In this document: positions 50,672 to 59,251 of the stretch, piece by piece
Layout: every line of letters starts with the position of its first letter
Numbering within the stretch: position 1 is the stretch's first letter
Assembly (NCBI GenBank): GCA_000092065.1
Contig: CP000582.1
Source of the DNA: Ostreococcus lucimarinus
Taxonomy: Eukaryota
Length of the DNA stretch: 64,000 nucleotides
Reading direction: 5' to 3' (one strand)
Made by a program: the position numbers and the translations under genes
The notes under the pieces: model-generated
Database searches by the model: none
Told to the model about the DNA's origin: nothing
The model's input: the letters and a program-made list of their open reading frames with translations, nothing else

Positions 50672-51391
50672 CTAAAGTTCATCTCGAATGTCTCGCGCGA
50701 TCGCCTGGGCGTCCATCTTCGGCGGATACCGACGAACCACGCGCCCGCGATCGTCTACTAAAAATTTCGCAAAATTCCACTCCGCCGGCGCGCCGCCCGC
50801 GGTGAGCTGCGCGAACATCGGATTGTGCGCCAAATCCAGCGCGGGTTCGAATAACACATCCATGACGTCCGCGAAATCGCGTTTGATTTCCTCATTCGTT
50901 CCTTGCTGATGTCCGAAGTCGTCGCTCGGAAATCCCAATATGCGCAACCCGTCGCCGAATTCTTCGCGAAGCGCGCGAAAGCCCTCGACGTTGGATTGCT
51001 TGTATCCTCAGTGCGATGCGACGTTGGTGACGAGCGTGAACGCGCCTCGCGAAGACTCGCGTTTGGCGACTGGAAATCCCAGGAGCGCTTCGTCGCGCAC
51101 GACGCCGCCGTCGATGTCGTGAAGCACGCCGCTCAACACCGCTTCAAAAACCCCCAGCGCGTCTCGCGCCGCCAGCGCGTCCGCGGAGACGAACGACGCG
51201 GTTTGCAGCGCGCGCGCGTGCGCGCGAGCGTCCGTGAACGGGCGCACGACGACGTGAAGGAAGAAACCACCCAGAACGGTGGTTAGAAGAATCAAAACGA
51301 GTGGGCCGTGACGCGCGCGATTCGCGCGCGCCGTTCCGGGATAGGCGGCGGCGAACGGCGCGGTGCCGCTTGATTCGACGTCCGGAGGCAT
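50672..51391 (-). CDS. GPX: Membrane-anchored glutathione peroxidase with an in-frame TGA at 51008..51010 at the catalytic position, a putative selenocysteine
   Basis: ORFs 51008..51391 and 50672..50947 share one frame. The join reads ...GAFTLVTNVASH-[TGA]-GYKQSNVEGFRALREEFGDGLRILGFPSDDFGHQQGTNEEI...WNFAKFLVDDRGRVVRRY, colinear with GPX (NVAS.[C/U]G, FPCNQFG.QEPG, W.NF.KFLV). The N-terminus has a TM anchor. Confidence 0.75.
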
Positions 51392-51465
51392 GGCGACGCG
51401 CGACGCGCGAGAGCGCGGCGTCGCGATGTGGCGCGGTCTACTTATGGTACACTTGCGTTACACAG

Positions 51466-52881
51466 CTACAGGCTCCGACCCGCCTTTGCGGACGCGAGCT
51501 GACCTTCCCAGTTGTTTCTAAATTTCCTATAAATCGCGAGCGCGGCCAAGGCGTCTTCGGCGGGATCGTGAGCATCTCCACACTGAATGCTTAGCGCGCA
51601 AAAGTCACGCGCCAGATGCCGCAAGCGACGAGGCTTGCGGAAGTGCGGCGGACGCAACAGCGGCCGCCATTTCGCGGTATCTCGCGTGTCTTCCCGTGGA
51701 TGGTGGAGCTGTAAAGCCGAAAAGTCGTTCTCCAGGGCGTGGCCGACGACGATGCGACCTTTTATGAGTTCAGCAACGTCGCGCTTGACGTCGGCGAATT
51801 CGCGCGCGCTCGACCCTTCGACGTGACGAGGAAGGATGCCGGAGACGTGCGTGCGATAGTCCGTGACTGTTTTGTACGCGCGTGAATAACTCAAATACAC
51901 TGTGTTTCCGTATTCGTTGATCACGCAGACCTGCGCGAGCATGGATTCCACGCCTCCTTCGCCGACGCCGACCATCTCGCAATCGAGCGCCAACACGTCG
52001 GTGACGGAGCAATCGTCGCTGAATGGCCTCGGTCGTTCGAGTTTGGTGCGATTCTCTAACCGTTGCACGTTTTCGTAAACGTCCCTGTGCGACTTTTTCC
52101 GCGCCTCACTCACGCCCGTGCCATCCAAACATCCGTTTCCGAACGGGTCTTCGCGCGCCGTGTAAAATCGCGCGACTTCTGCGACGACTTCGCGTCTCCA
52201 AAGCGCCTTTAAAACGCGCGAAAAATTCTGAAAAAATCCAGCGCTCTCAAACGTTGCTCGCGGAATAAATCCCACCATCGACGCTTCTTCGCTCGCTCTC
52301 GAACCGACCAAAGCGAGCTGATCCGCGCGCGCGTTCGCCGTGTGCGCTCCGCCTTTATGCGCCGCCACCTTCGCGATCAAAGTCTTCTCCCGCCTCTTAC
52401 TCAGCACGAACGCCGTCAGCACCGTCACCGCGTTCACAGCGATTTCGTCCACGTCTCCCCTCGCTATTATCTCCACGCACTTGCACACGTATCGCGAATC
52501 CGACATCACCGCCAACTTTTCGTCTCTCGGATGTCGAACGAGCGCCGCGAAAACCGCGCACATCTCCACCGCGTTGATATCGCACGATTTCCTCGCGCAC
52601 GACCCCGCGAAATTCAAATGATGTCCAAACTTATACCACACGCCCACGCCGCTCGCCGCGCCGCTCGCGTCGACGCTTCCGTCGACGTAACACGCGTCGT
52701 CGCCCGCGCTCGCGCCCCGTCGACGCCCCACCCCTCCGCCTCCGCGCCCGCCGCTCGCGGACGCCCGCGCGTCGCACCGTCGAAACCGCATCGCGAACGC
52801 CGCGCGGACGCGCGGTATCGCGCGTCCGACGGCGCGACACGCGAAGAACTCGACGACGAACCAAAAGATGCGCAGTCGCAT
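51466..52881 (-). CDS. Fusion protein: RNase H (type 1) domain plus REX4/ISG20-like DEDDh 3'-5' exonuclease
   Basis: RNase H catalytic pattern CYVDGS (D), INAVEM (E), VMSDSRYV (D), AHKGGAHTANARADQLA (H..D). Exonuclease LALDCEMVG, IVVGHALENDFSAL, HDPAEDALAALAIY. The start is taken at MRLRIFWFVVEFF (52881). Upstream ORF sequence to 54006 is spurious. Confidence 0.6.
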   Translation of the reverse strand: MRLRIFWFVVEFFACRAVGRAIPRVRAAFAMRFRRCDARASASGGRGGGGVGRRRGASAGDDACYVDGSVDASGAASGVGVWYKFGHHLNFAGSCARKSCDINAVEMCAVFAALVRHPRDEKLAVMSDSRYVCKCVEIIARGDVDEIAVNAVTVLTAFVLSKRREKTLIAKVAAHKGGAHTANARADQLALVGSRASEEASMVGFIPRATFESAGFFQNFSRVLKALWRREVVAEVARFYTAREDPFGNGCLDGTGVSEARKKSHRDVYENVQRLENRTKLERPRPFSDDCSVTDVLALDCEMVGVGEGGVESMLAQVCVINEYGNTVYLSYSRAYKTVTDYRTHVSGILPRHVEGSSAREFADVKRDVAELIKGRIVVGHALENDFSALQLHHPREDTRDTAKWRPLLRPPHFRKPRRLRHLARDFCALSIQCGDAHDPAEDALAALAIYRKFRNNWEGQLASAKAGRSL

Positions 52882-53140
52882 CGCGAGCCGTTCGAGGCGC
52901 GTCGTCGCGCGCGTCGCGCGCGGCGTCGCGTCCATCGCGCGCGCGACGCTCGAACCTCGCGCGCGTCGCGTCGCGTCGCGTCGCGGCTCGCCGGCGCGCC
53001 GGCGCGCCGCGCGCGCGCGAGGTGCGAGCGCGCGAGTGCGGCGGCGGCGCGTCACTCCGCGCCGCGACGCGCCGCGACGCGCGCCGGCGACCGCGCGGCG
53101 CGACGCGGACGCCGCCGAGACGCGCGACGCGTCGATCGCG

Positions 53141-53953
53141 ATGGAGTACGTCAGCTTCGAGGGCTTGCGCGCGGACGGACGACGGGCGAACGAGTGTCGA
53201 CGCGTCCGGCACGAATTCGCCGTCGACGCCGACGCCGACGGGAGCGCGCGGTTCGAGATCGGGAACACGGTCGTGCAGGCCACGGTGCGAGGACCGCGCG
53301 AACGGCGCGGCGGACGCGCGGAGGAGGGCGCGAGCGACGCGTGCGCGGTGACGGCGACGTACGCCGCGAGCGGGGCGGCGGCGGACGGCGCGAACGGACG
53401 ACGAAAGGGGGATCGAAAGGCGCTCTCGCACGCGGAGACGCTGACGAAAATACTGGATAGGGTGGTGATGACGGAATTGATGCCGCGGAGCGCGATCGCG
53501 GTGACGTGCACGGTGCTGTGCGACGACGGAGGGGCGAAGGCGGCGAGCGTCAACGCGGCGACGTTGGCGCTGGCGGACGCGGGAGTGCCGCTGAGGGACA
53601 CGGTGGGCGCGGTGACGTGCGGATACCTCGATGGAGAGGTGTTGATCGATCTCAATCGCGAGGAAGAGCGCGGACGAGGGCCGGAGCTGTTGATGTGTTC
53701 GACCGGCGCGGGCGCGACGAGCCGCGCGGCGGCGGCGAGCGACGACGAGGAGGAAGAGGACGAGGGCGTGGATATCTCGGGCAGAGAAATCATCGCCGAG
53801 GAGCTCGATCGAGGGAAAACGACGATGGAAACGTACGATGCGATGCACGATCTCGCGCTCGCGGCTTCGGCGGTGATATCGGCGCGCATGCGCGAGGCGA
53901 CGCTGGAGCGCACGCGTTCGCTCGCCGCGACGCGCGCCCTGGAGAAGTTTTGA
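53141..53953 (+). CDS. Exosome complex RNase PH-like subunit (Rrp46/Mtr3/Rrp41 class)
   Basis: MEYVSFEGLRADGRRANECRRV..DADGSARFEIGNTVVQATVRGPRE...PRSAIAVTCTVLCDDGGAKAASVNAATLALADAGVPL is the RNase PH fold signature. It diverges from the RNase H-REX4 gene, with about 260 bp between the start codons. Confidence 0.7.
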   Translation: MEYVSFEGLRADGRRANECRRVRHEFAVDADADGSARFEIGNTVVQATVRGPRERRGGRAEEGASDACAVTATYAASGAAADGANGRRKGDRKALSHAETLTKILDRVVMTELMPRSAIAVTCTVLCDDGGAKAASVNAATLALADAGVPLRDTVGAVTCGYLDGEVLIDLNREEERGRGPELLMCSTGAGATSRAAAASDDEEEEDEGVDISGREIIAEELDRGKTTMETYDAMHDLALAASAVISARMREATLERTRSLAATRALEKF

Positions 53954-54563
53954 CTCCGCGCGTCGACTCGTCTCGACCCGACCGCCGCGTCGTCATCAAA
54001 TATCATATTAGTTCAATCAGCGCGCGCGAGCCTCGAAATCATCACCGCGACGCGAGCCGTCGATCGCCGCCGCCGCGTCCCGAACCCGAACCGTCCCGAG
54101 CGTCGCCTCGACCGCACACCGCGCCGTTCCGGCCCGATGCCCGAATCCAGCGCGCGCTCCCGCGACGCCGTCTCCGGCTCGTCCGACGTGTTGTCGAGCA
54201 GCAATCGCGGTCGACGCAAGCGCGCGCGCGCGGCGGACGACGTCACGGGACCGAGTTTGTTGGGCTTCGTGCAGGTGGACGTGCGGTCGCTCGACGCCGC
54301 CGCGGTGCGCGCGCCCAAGTACGAGGAGCCGTTGGAGTGCGGACAGGTGCGTGAGACGATTTCGCGCGCGCGGGCGCGCGGGCGACGCGCGCGGAGGCGT
54401 GCGACGACGGCGTGAGGAAGATTGCGTAGAATTCGGCCCGGGCGCGAGCTAACTGTCGCCGCGGCGCGCGACGGCGCGATTCGTGGGCGCGTTCGCGAGC
54501 GCGCGCGAGGTGCGCGCGAATGACTGAAATGCATCGACGCGGAATGTCGAGTCGCGCGCGCAG

Positions 54564-55997
54564 GTGAGCAAGAGACGGGACGAACGATTGACGACGTACG
54601 ACGCGACGAATTTGCGGCGGCTGCGCGGCGTCAACGCCGGCGCGGGCGCGGATCTCAATCAAGGATTCGGCACGTTTCGAGATCGCGATCGGCGAGAGAT
54701 TTATCCGGCGCCCGTGCACGTGATATTTGGTGCGATCGAGGCGAGCGGGCAGACTAAAGTGTTAGAAGACGTGGACGTGATCACGTGGCGAGGAAACATG
54801 AGCAAGTTGCTGACGACGGCGTGGAACGTCTCCGAGGCTTGGACGATGGAGGCCGAATTGGTCAACAACAGGACGATCGTTTTGAACGTCAAAGAAACGG
54901 AGGAAGGGTTGCGAAAGGCGCTCACTCGCGACGGGAGAGACGAGCGGATGTGTTACTGGGGATACGCTTTCGAGGAGGCCGCGTGCTCGGAGAAGCCGTT
55001 CGAGGAACCGGTGGATTGCATGGAATGTTTTTGCTGCGTCGTCAAGACGAAAATGGGTGATTTAAACGTCTTAATGGCTGGAGAAGTCGATTGTTTCGAA
55101 GGTGACGCCGAGCTGGCGAATTACGTCGAGTTAAAGACGTCGAGGGTGATGAACGACGAGCGACAGGTGAAACGTTTTGAAAAAGAAAAGCTCTTGAAGT
55201 GGTGGGCGCAGTCGTTCGCGCTGGGTGTAAGGAGAATAATGGTTGGATTTCGCGACGACCACGGGCGCGTGGTGAAAACGCAAATGTTAGAGACGCTCAA
55301 GTTACCGGGATACGTCGTCAAGCATGCGAACTCGTGGACGCCCAAGGACGCTCTTCGATGCGCGTCAGCGGTGCTGACGAAGCTCAAAGAGTTACTCGCC
55401 GACGAACCCAGCGGGACGCGAGTGCGAGTTGAGTACGAACCGAAAAAGGCGAAGCATCGCGTGAATTTCATTCGAGATGATTCGATCCCTGACTTTTTAC
55501 CCGCCGACGCGCGCGCGAAACTCATGAACGACGGGTCCTGGCGCGAGAGAGGACCGCAGCCTACCGCGAGGCCAACTTCCGCTTCGGAGCCGCCGCGAGA
55601 TGCGCCAGCGCCCGAACTTTCGGAAACTGCGTCCGCGATGAGCATTCGGGCGCGAACAGAGGGCAGAACGAACAGAATAGAGTACATCCGCTCGCTCGGA
55701 CCGGCGGCGCTTTTGTACATGCAAGGCAAAGACCCTCGAAGAACGTTGCGAGGACGCGTGGACGACGACACGATGGGTGGTATCGGCATCGACCCTTCGA
55801 TTTGGATACAACAAAAAGCCAACTACACCGGTATCGACGCCCAAACGAGCCCACAGATGATGAATTATGATCACAAAGCGGCGCCGGCGTCGTCGGCGAA
55901 ATCGAGCGGCGCGCGGCGCGCAAGTTCTTCCGGTGTCGGCGACGCGCACGATCGCGCGTCAACGGAAAATAGCGATCGCGAAAACTCACAAAATTGA
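54564..55997 (+). CDS. DXO/Rai1-family decapping exoribonuclease
   Basis: GYAFEEAAC, EPVDCMECFCCVVKT, AGEVDCFEGD, ANYVELKTSR, KLLKWWAQSFALGVRRIMVGFRDDHGRVV match Rai1/DXO motifs (E.D...E.K active site). Confidence 0.7.
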   Translation: MSKRRDERLTTYDATNLRRLRGVNAGAGADLNQGFGTFRDRDRREIYPAPVHVIFGAIEASGQTKVLEDVDVITWRGNMSKLLTTAWNVSEAWTMEAELVNNRTIVLNVKETEEGLRKALTRDGRDERMCYWGYAFEEAACSEKPFEEPVDCMECFCCVVKTKMGDLNVLMAGEVDCFEGDAELANYVELKTSRVMNDERQVKRFEKEKLLKWWAQSFALGVRRIMVGFRDDHGRVVKTQMLETLKLPGYVVKHANSWTPKDALRCASAVLTKLKELLADEPSGTRVRVEYEPKKAKHRVNFIRDDSIPDFLPADARAKLMNDGSWRERGPQPTARPTSASEPPRDAPAPELSETASAMSIRARTEGRTNRIEYIRSLGPAALLYMQGKDPRRTLRGRVDDDTMGGIGIDPSIWIQQKANYTGIDAQTSPQMMNYDHKAAPASSAKSSGARRASSSGVGDAHDRASTENSDRENSQN

Positions 55998-56099
55998 TTC
56001 AGATTGATTACACTGTAGAACAGAATACTGTAGCATCGGCGCTCAAAGATATGTCGTACAGAGACGCTCAAAGGAGAACACGCCCGTCCGCGTCCTCGT

Positions 56100-56230
56100 T
56101 TACTCCTCCGCATCCGCATCCGCATCCGCATCCTCCTCCTCCTCCTCTTCCTCCTCTTTCTCCTCTTCCTCCTCTTTCTTTTCCTCCTCTTTCTCTTTCT
56201 TCTTGCCGCACTCCGATTCCTCGTCCTCCT
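56100..56230. repeat. Microsatellite: (CATCCG)n followed by a (CTC/TTC)n pyrimidine tract
   Basis: catccgcatccgcatccgcatcctcctcctcctcctcttcctcctctttctcctcttcc... read directly. Confidence 0.8.
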
Positions 56231-56984
56231 CGTCGCATTCGTCGTCGTCGCCGCCGCCGCCGCTCGCCCGGCCGATGCGCGCGCGCGACCCACCACTTCG
56301 TCGCATGTACCGCGCCCGCGATTTATCCACCGCCGCCTTGCGATCGTACAACAACGAGCGTCGCGCGCCCGGCGTCGGCCTCGCGACGTCCGCGTCGTCC
56401 GCGTCCGTCGCCCGCGCCTCCGTCACCGCCTCCGCGTTCGCCAGCGCGATCGCGTTCGCGAGCGACGACGCGCCCGTGAGCGCGACGCACGCGACGCCGG
56501 CCGTCGTGGCGAGCGCGAACAGGCGCGCGCGCGCGCGGCGTCCGCGCGAATGGTGTTCGCGAGGTCGAGACATTCTTCGACGATTCGCGTCGCTTCGGCG
56601 CGCGTTCGACCGCGCGGTTCGTTCGGCGCGCGCCGCGAGACGTCGAGCGTCCCGGGTCGTCGAGCGCGGGGCGTCGAGCGCGCGCCGCGCGTCGGCGTGC
56701 GGTCGCGCGTCGCGTCGATCCGAGGCGTCCGCGGTGTGGTCGCCGCGCGGAAAAATTTATATATCGCCCCTTTAGAGAGTACCTACACACATGACGAGTC
56801 ATGAACCGTGGATATATACGTATTTTACACCGTTTAGTTCTAAAAGTTTGATTCTACAACATCTACGAGAGGTAGTTCCTAATGCTAATTTGCTCGCCTT
56901 TGCTTGCCTTGCGTTTGTGTTCATCGACCATCTTCTCGTGCAGAGATGATTTCAAGTGCGATTAAATGATTGGATGACGTGTTA

Positions 56985-58301
56985 TCAAAAGGACCCGTGT
57001 CGGGCGACGATTTCTGATACTGATGAACCATTAAGTATGTCTTGACGTATACTGCTCTCAGAAAATACTCGCTTTAAAGCTTCTTCAATCACGATATTTC
57101 CAAACCGTCTTGGGATAATCAGTGTTCCTTCTTGATCACTGAAAATCAAATCTCCCGGACAGCACGAGACGCCATCCAAGCTAATACACTGATTTGTTGA
57201 CTCTACTGTAGCAACACCTCTCACATCAGAGCAGGTTGAACCGGCTGCGTAGACGGGAAAGTTCGAACATTTCACTTCCACTGTATCGCGTGTAAAACCA
57301 TTCGTGACGAAACCGGCGGCTCCCCTCGTTATGGCAATGTGAGCATTAAGATCGCCAAAATATGCTCGTCCCTTCATCGGATTTTCTACTACGATAACGT
57401 CACCGAAGCCGACGTAGTTGTATGATTTTAGAGCACCATAGATTCCCCTGAGATCTTCACTTTCACGAAGAGGCCTTAACTTAAGTGTGCAAGCACGACC
57501 GAAGACCTTGCTCAGTGCGCCTTGTGGTTTTAAGCCGAAGACCACTCGTCCACTTACGCCCATATCATCCAGCGTGTCTGATAAAATGGCACTGGTGAGA
57601 TGTAGTTTGGCGCACCTCAAGCGAGATAGACCAGCGACGCGGTGCGCTAAAGCGATATTGTTTGCAAGAGCGAAGTCAACTTCGTAGTTGATATCAACTG
57701 CTTCTTCTGGCGTAACATGCAGCATGTGTGGTTTGTTCCCTATCCTTCGCCGAGTCAGCTTCGCCGCATCTCTCGTAATGTTGTACAGCCCCATGGTCTC
57801 CACGGTAGTCGTTGGCAAATCAACTGAGTTGGGAATATTTTGGATATCATAGCTCGGCCCTGCCTTTGTCCACGTATACAGTTTATCATCGCGAACAGTG
57901 CACGCGGAGTCATAAACACCGGACATCACGCTCTCGACACCTTTCTTAATCGTTTCTGGATGTATGAACGGGCTTGTGCACAGCGCCTGCACATAGATTT
58001 CGGCATCGAATCGCTCAACTTCGTTCATGAACAGAGTGTTACCGTCCGTCTTGTTCGTGGCCAACGCCTCGTCCCGCTTTAGGAAAACTAACTTTGGATT
58101 ATCGCTCGCAAGAAATTCCGCCACCTTGAAAACATCATCGGACTCAGAGTCCAAGACAACTTTGTCAATAAAAGGACACTCGAAGAGCAACTTTTCCAAA
58201 GTGTGCAGGAAGAGTGGTTTGGAATCCAGCAGTTTCGTGTTCTTGCTCTCTACGCGACTCGATGTACCTTTGCACGGCACAAACGCAACGATCCGCGCCA
58301 T
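56985..58301 (-). CDS. Fusion: N-acylneuraminate/CMP-sugar cytidylyltransferase (CTP_transf_3) N-domain plus RraA-like (class II pyruvate aldolase/MenG-like) C-domain. It lies in a low-GC island.
   Basis: N-terminus RIVAFVPCKGTSSRVESKNTKLL..KPLFLHTLE...VVLDSESDD matches the CMP-NeuAc/KDO synthetase family. C-terminus VGFGDVIVVEN...GDLNAHIAITRGAAGFVTNGFTRD...FPVYAAGSTCSDVRG...CPGDLIFSDQEGTLIIP matches RraA/HMG-CHA aldolase. Local GC is about 47% against about 68% in the flanks. Confidence 0.6.
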   Translation of the reverse strand: MARIVAFVPCKGTSSRVESKNTKLLDSKPLFLHTLEKLLFECPFIDKVVLDSESDDVFKVAEFLASDNPKLVFLKRDEALATNKTDGNTLFMNEVERFDAEIYVQALCTSPFIHPETIKKGVESVMSGVYDSACTVRDDKLYTWTKAGPSYDIQNIPNSVDLPTTTVETMGLYNITRDAAKLTRRRIGNKPHMLHVTPEEAVDINYEVDFALANNIALAHRVAGLSRLRCAKLHLTSAILSDTLDDMGVSGRVVFGLKPQGALSKVFGRACTLKLRPLRESEDLRGIYGALKSYNYVGFGDVIVVENPMKGRAYFGDLNAHIAITRGAAGFVTNGFTRDTVEVKCSNFPVYAAGSTCSDVRGVATVESTNQCISLDGVSCCPGDLIFSDQEGTLIIPRRFGNIVIEEALKRVFSESSIRQDILNGSSVSEIVARHGSF

Positions 58302-58640
58302 GAGAACGCAACACGATCGCCGGTGTCTCGAGAACGATCGTTTGAAGCGTCACAGCCGGGATGGGACCGCCCGGAGCGCGCGGCGTGATTAACTCTGGAA
58401 TCAGACGTCGGCGCTCGTGACTTCGAGCCGAAAGCGCGGCGAAGCCGCGAGTGTGGACAGCCGGTTTGGACGTCGGAGAACACATTCGTCGGCCAAAGTT
58501 TTTTTTAAATCGCCACTCGCGCGAATGGCCGCGTGACTCGACGACCGCGTGAACTGCGGTGACATCGCGACCGCGCGGCGCGACGCCCGCGCGCGCGCGC
58601 GACCGCGCGGCGACCGCGACCGCGCGACCGCGCGCGCGCC

Positions 58641-59207
58641 ATGTCCGCGACGCACGGCGCGTGCGCGCGCGCGCACGACGCCGCGAACGTCCCGGTGCTG
58701 ACGCTCATCGCCCTCGCCTGCGTCGCCGGCATCGCCGGCGCGCTCGACCCGCTCGTCGTCACGAAGGGGTTCCTGGCGTACATCGTCCTCGACGGGCTGT
58801 GGATCGCGCTCTGGCCGCGGTGCGTGCCGAGCGCGGCGGCGGTGGTGGTGGCGCACCACGTCGTCACGGCGGCGCTCTTGGCGTACCCGCTGCGACATCC
58901 GGAGCGCGCGATCGAAACGTGTAGGAACGGATTGGTGGAGGCGAACACGTTGTTTTTGATACTGCGGCGCCGGGTGCGGCGCGGGAGCGCGATGCACGCG
59001 GTGTGGAATGGGTTGTACGTCGCGACGCTGGCGCCGGTGCGATTCGCGTGGCAACCGTATTTGTTGTGGCACTTTTATGCGAACGTCACGAAGGACGACG
59101 TTTGGTGGGAGAAGGTGCAGGTGTGCGGGGCGCAGATGTTTTTGATCGGGTTTAACGTGTTTCTCGTCGCGCGACGACGCGTCGCGCCGGCGAAGAAGGA
59201 GGCGTAG
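58641..59207 (+). CDS. Multi-pass membrane protein, possibly TLC-domain (TRAM/LAG1/CLN8-like)
   Basis: 5-6 predicted TM helices. VEANTLFLILRR resembles the TLC motif. Weak call. Confidence 0.3.
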   Translation: MSATHGACARAHDAANVPVLTLIALACVAGIAGALDPLVVTKGFLAYIVLDGLWIALWPRCVPSAAAVVVAHHVVTAALLAYPLRHPERAIETCRNGLVEANTLFLILRRRVRRGSAMHAVWNGLYVATLAPVRFAWQPYLLWHFYANVTKDDVWWEKVQVCGAQMFLIGFNVFLVARRRVAPAKKEA

Positions 59208-59251
59208 GGAACGCTAATGTTACAACAGTTTAATATCAATACCGGTAGAAT

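Noticed and set aside
51466-54006. A single 846-aa minus-strand protein
   Set aside because: The first 375 aa are antisense to the exosome RNase PH gene (53141..53953 +) and low-complexity. The real minus-strand gene begins at MRLRIFW (52881).
55121-55822. 233-aa minus-strand ORF inside the DXO/Rai1 gene
   Set aside because: It is antisense to a well-supported coding frame and has no motif.
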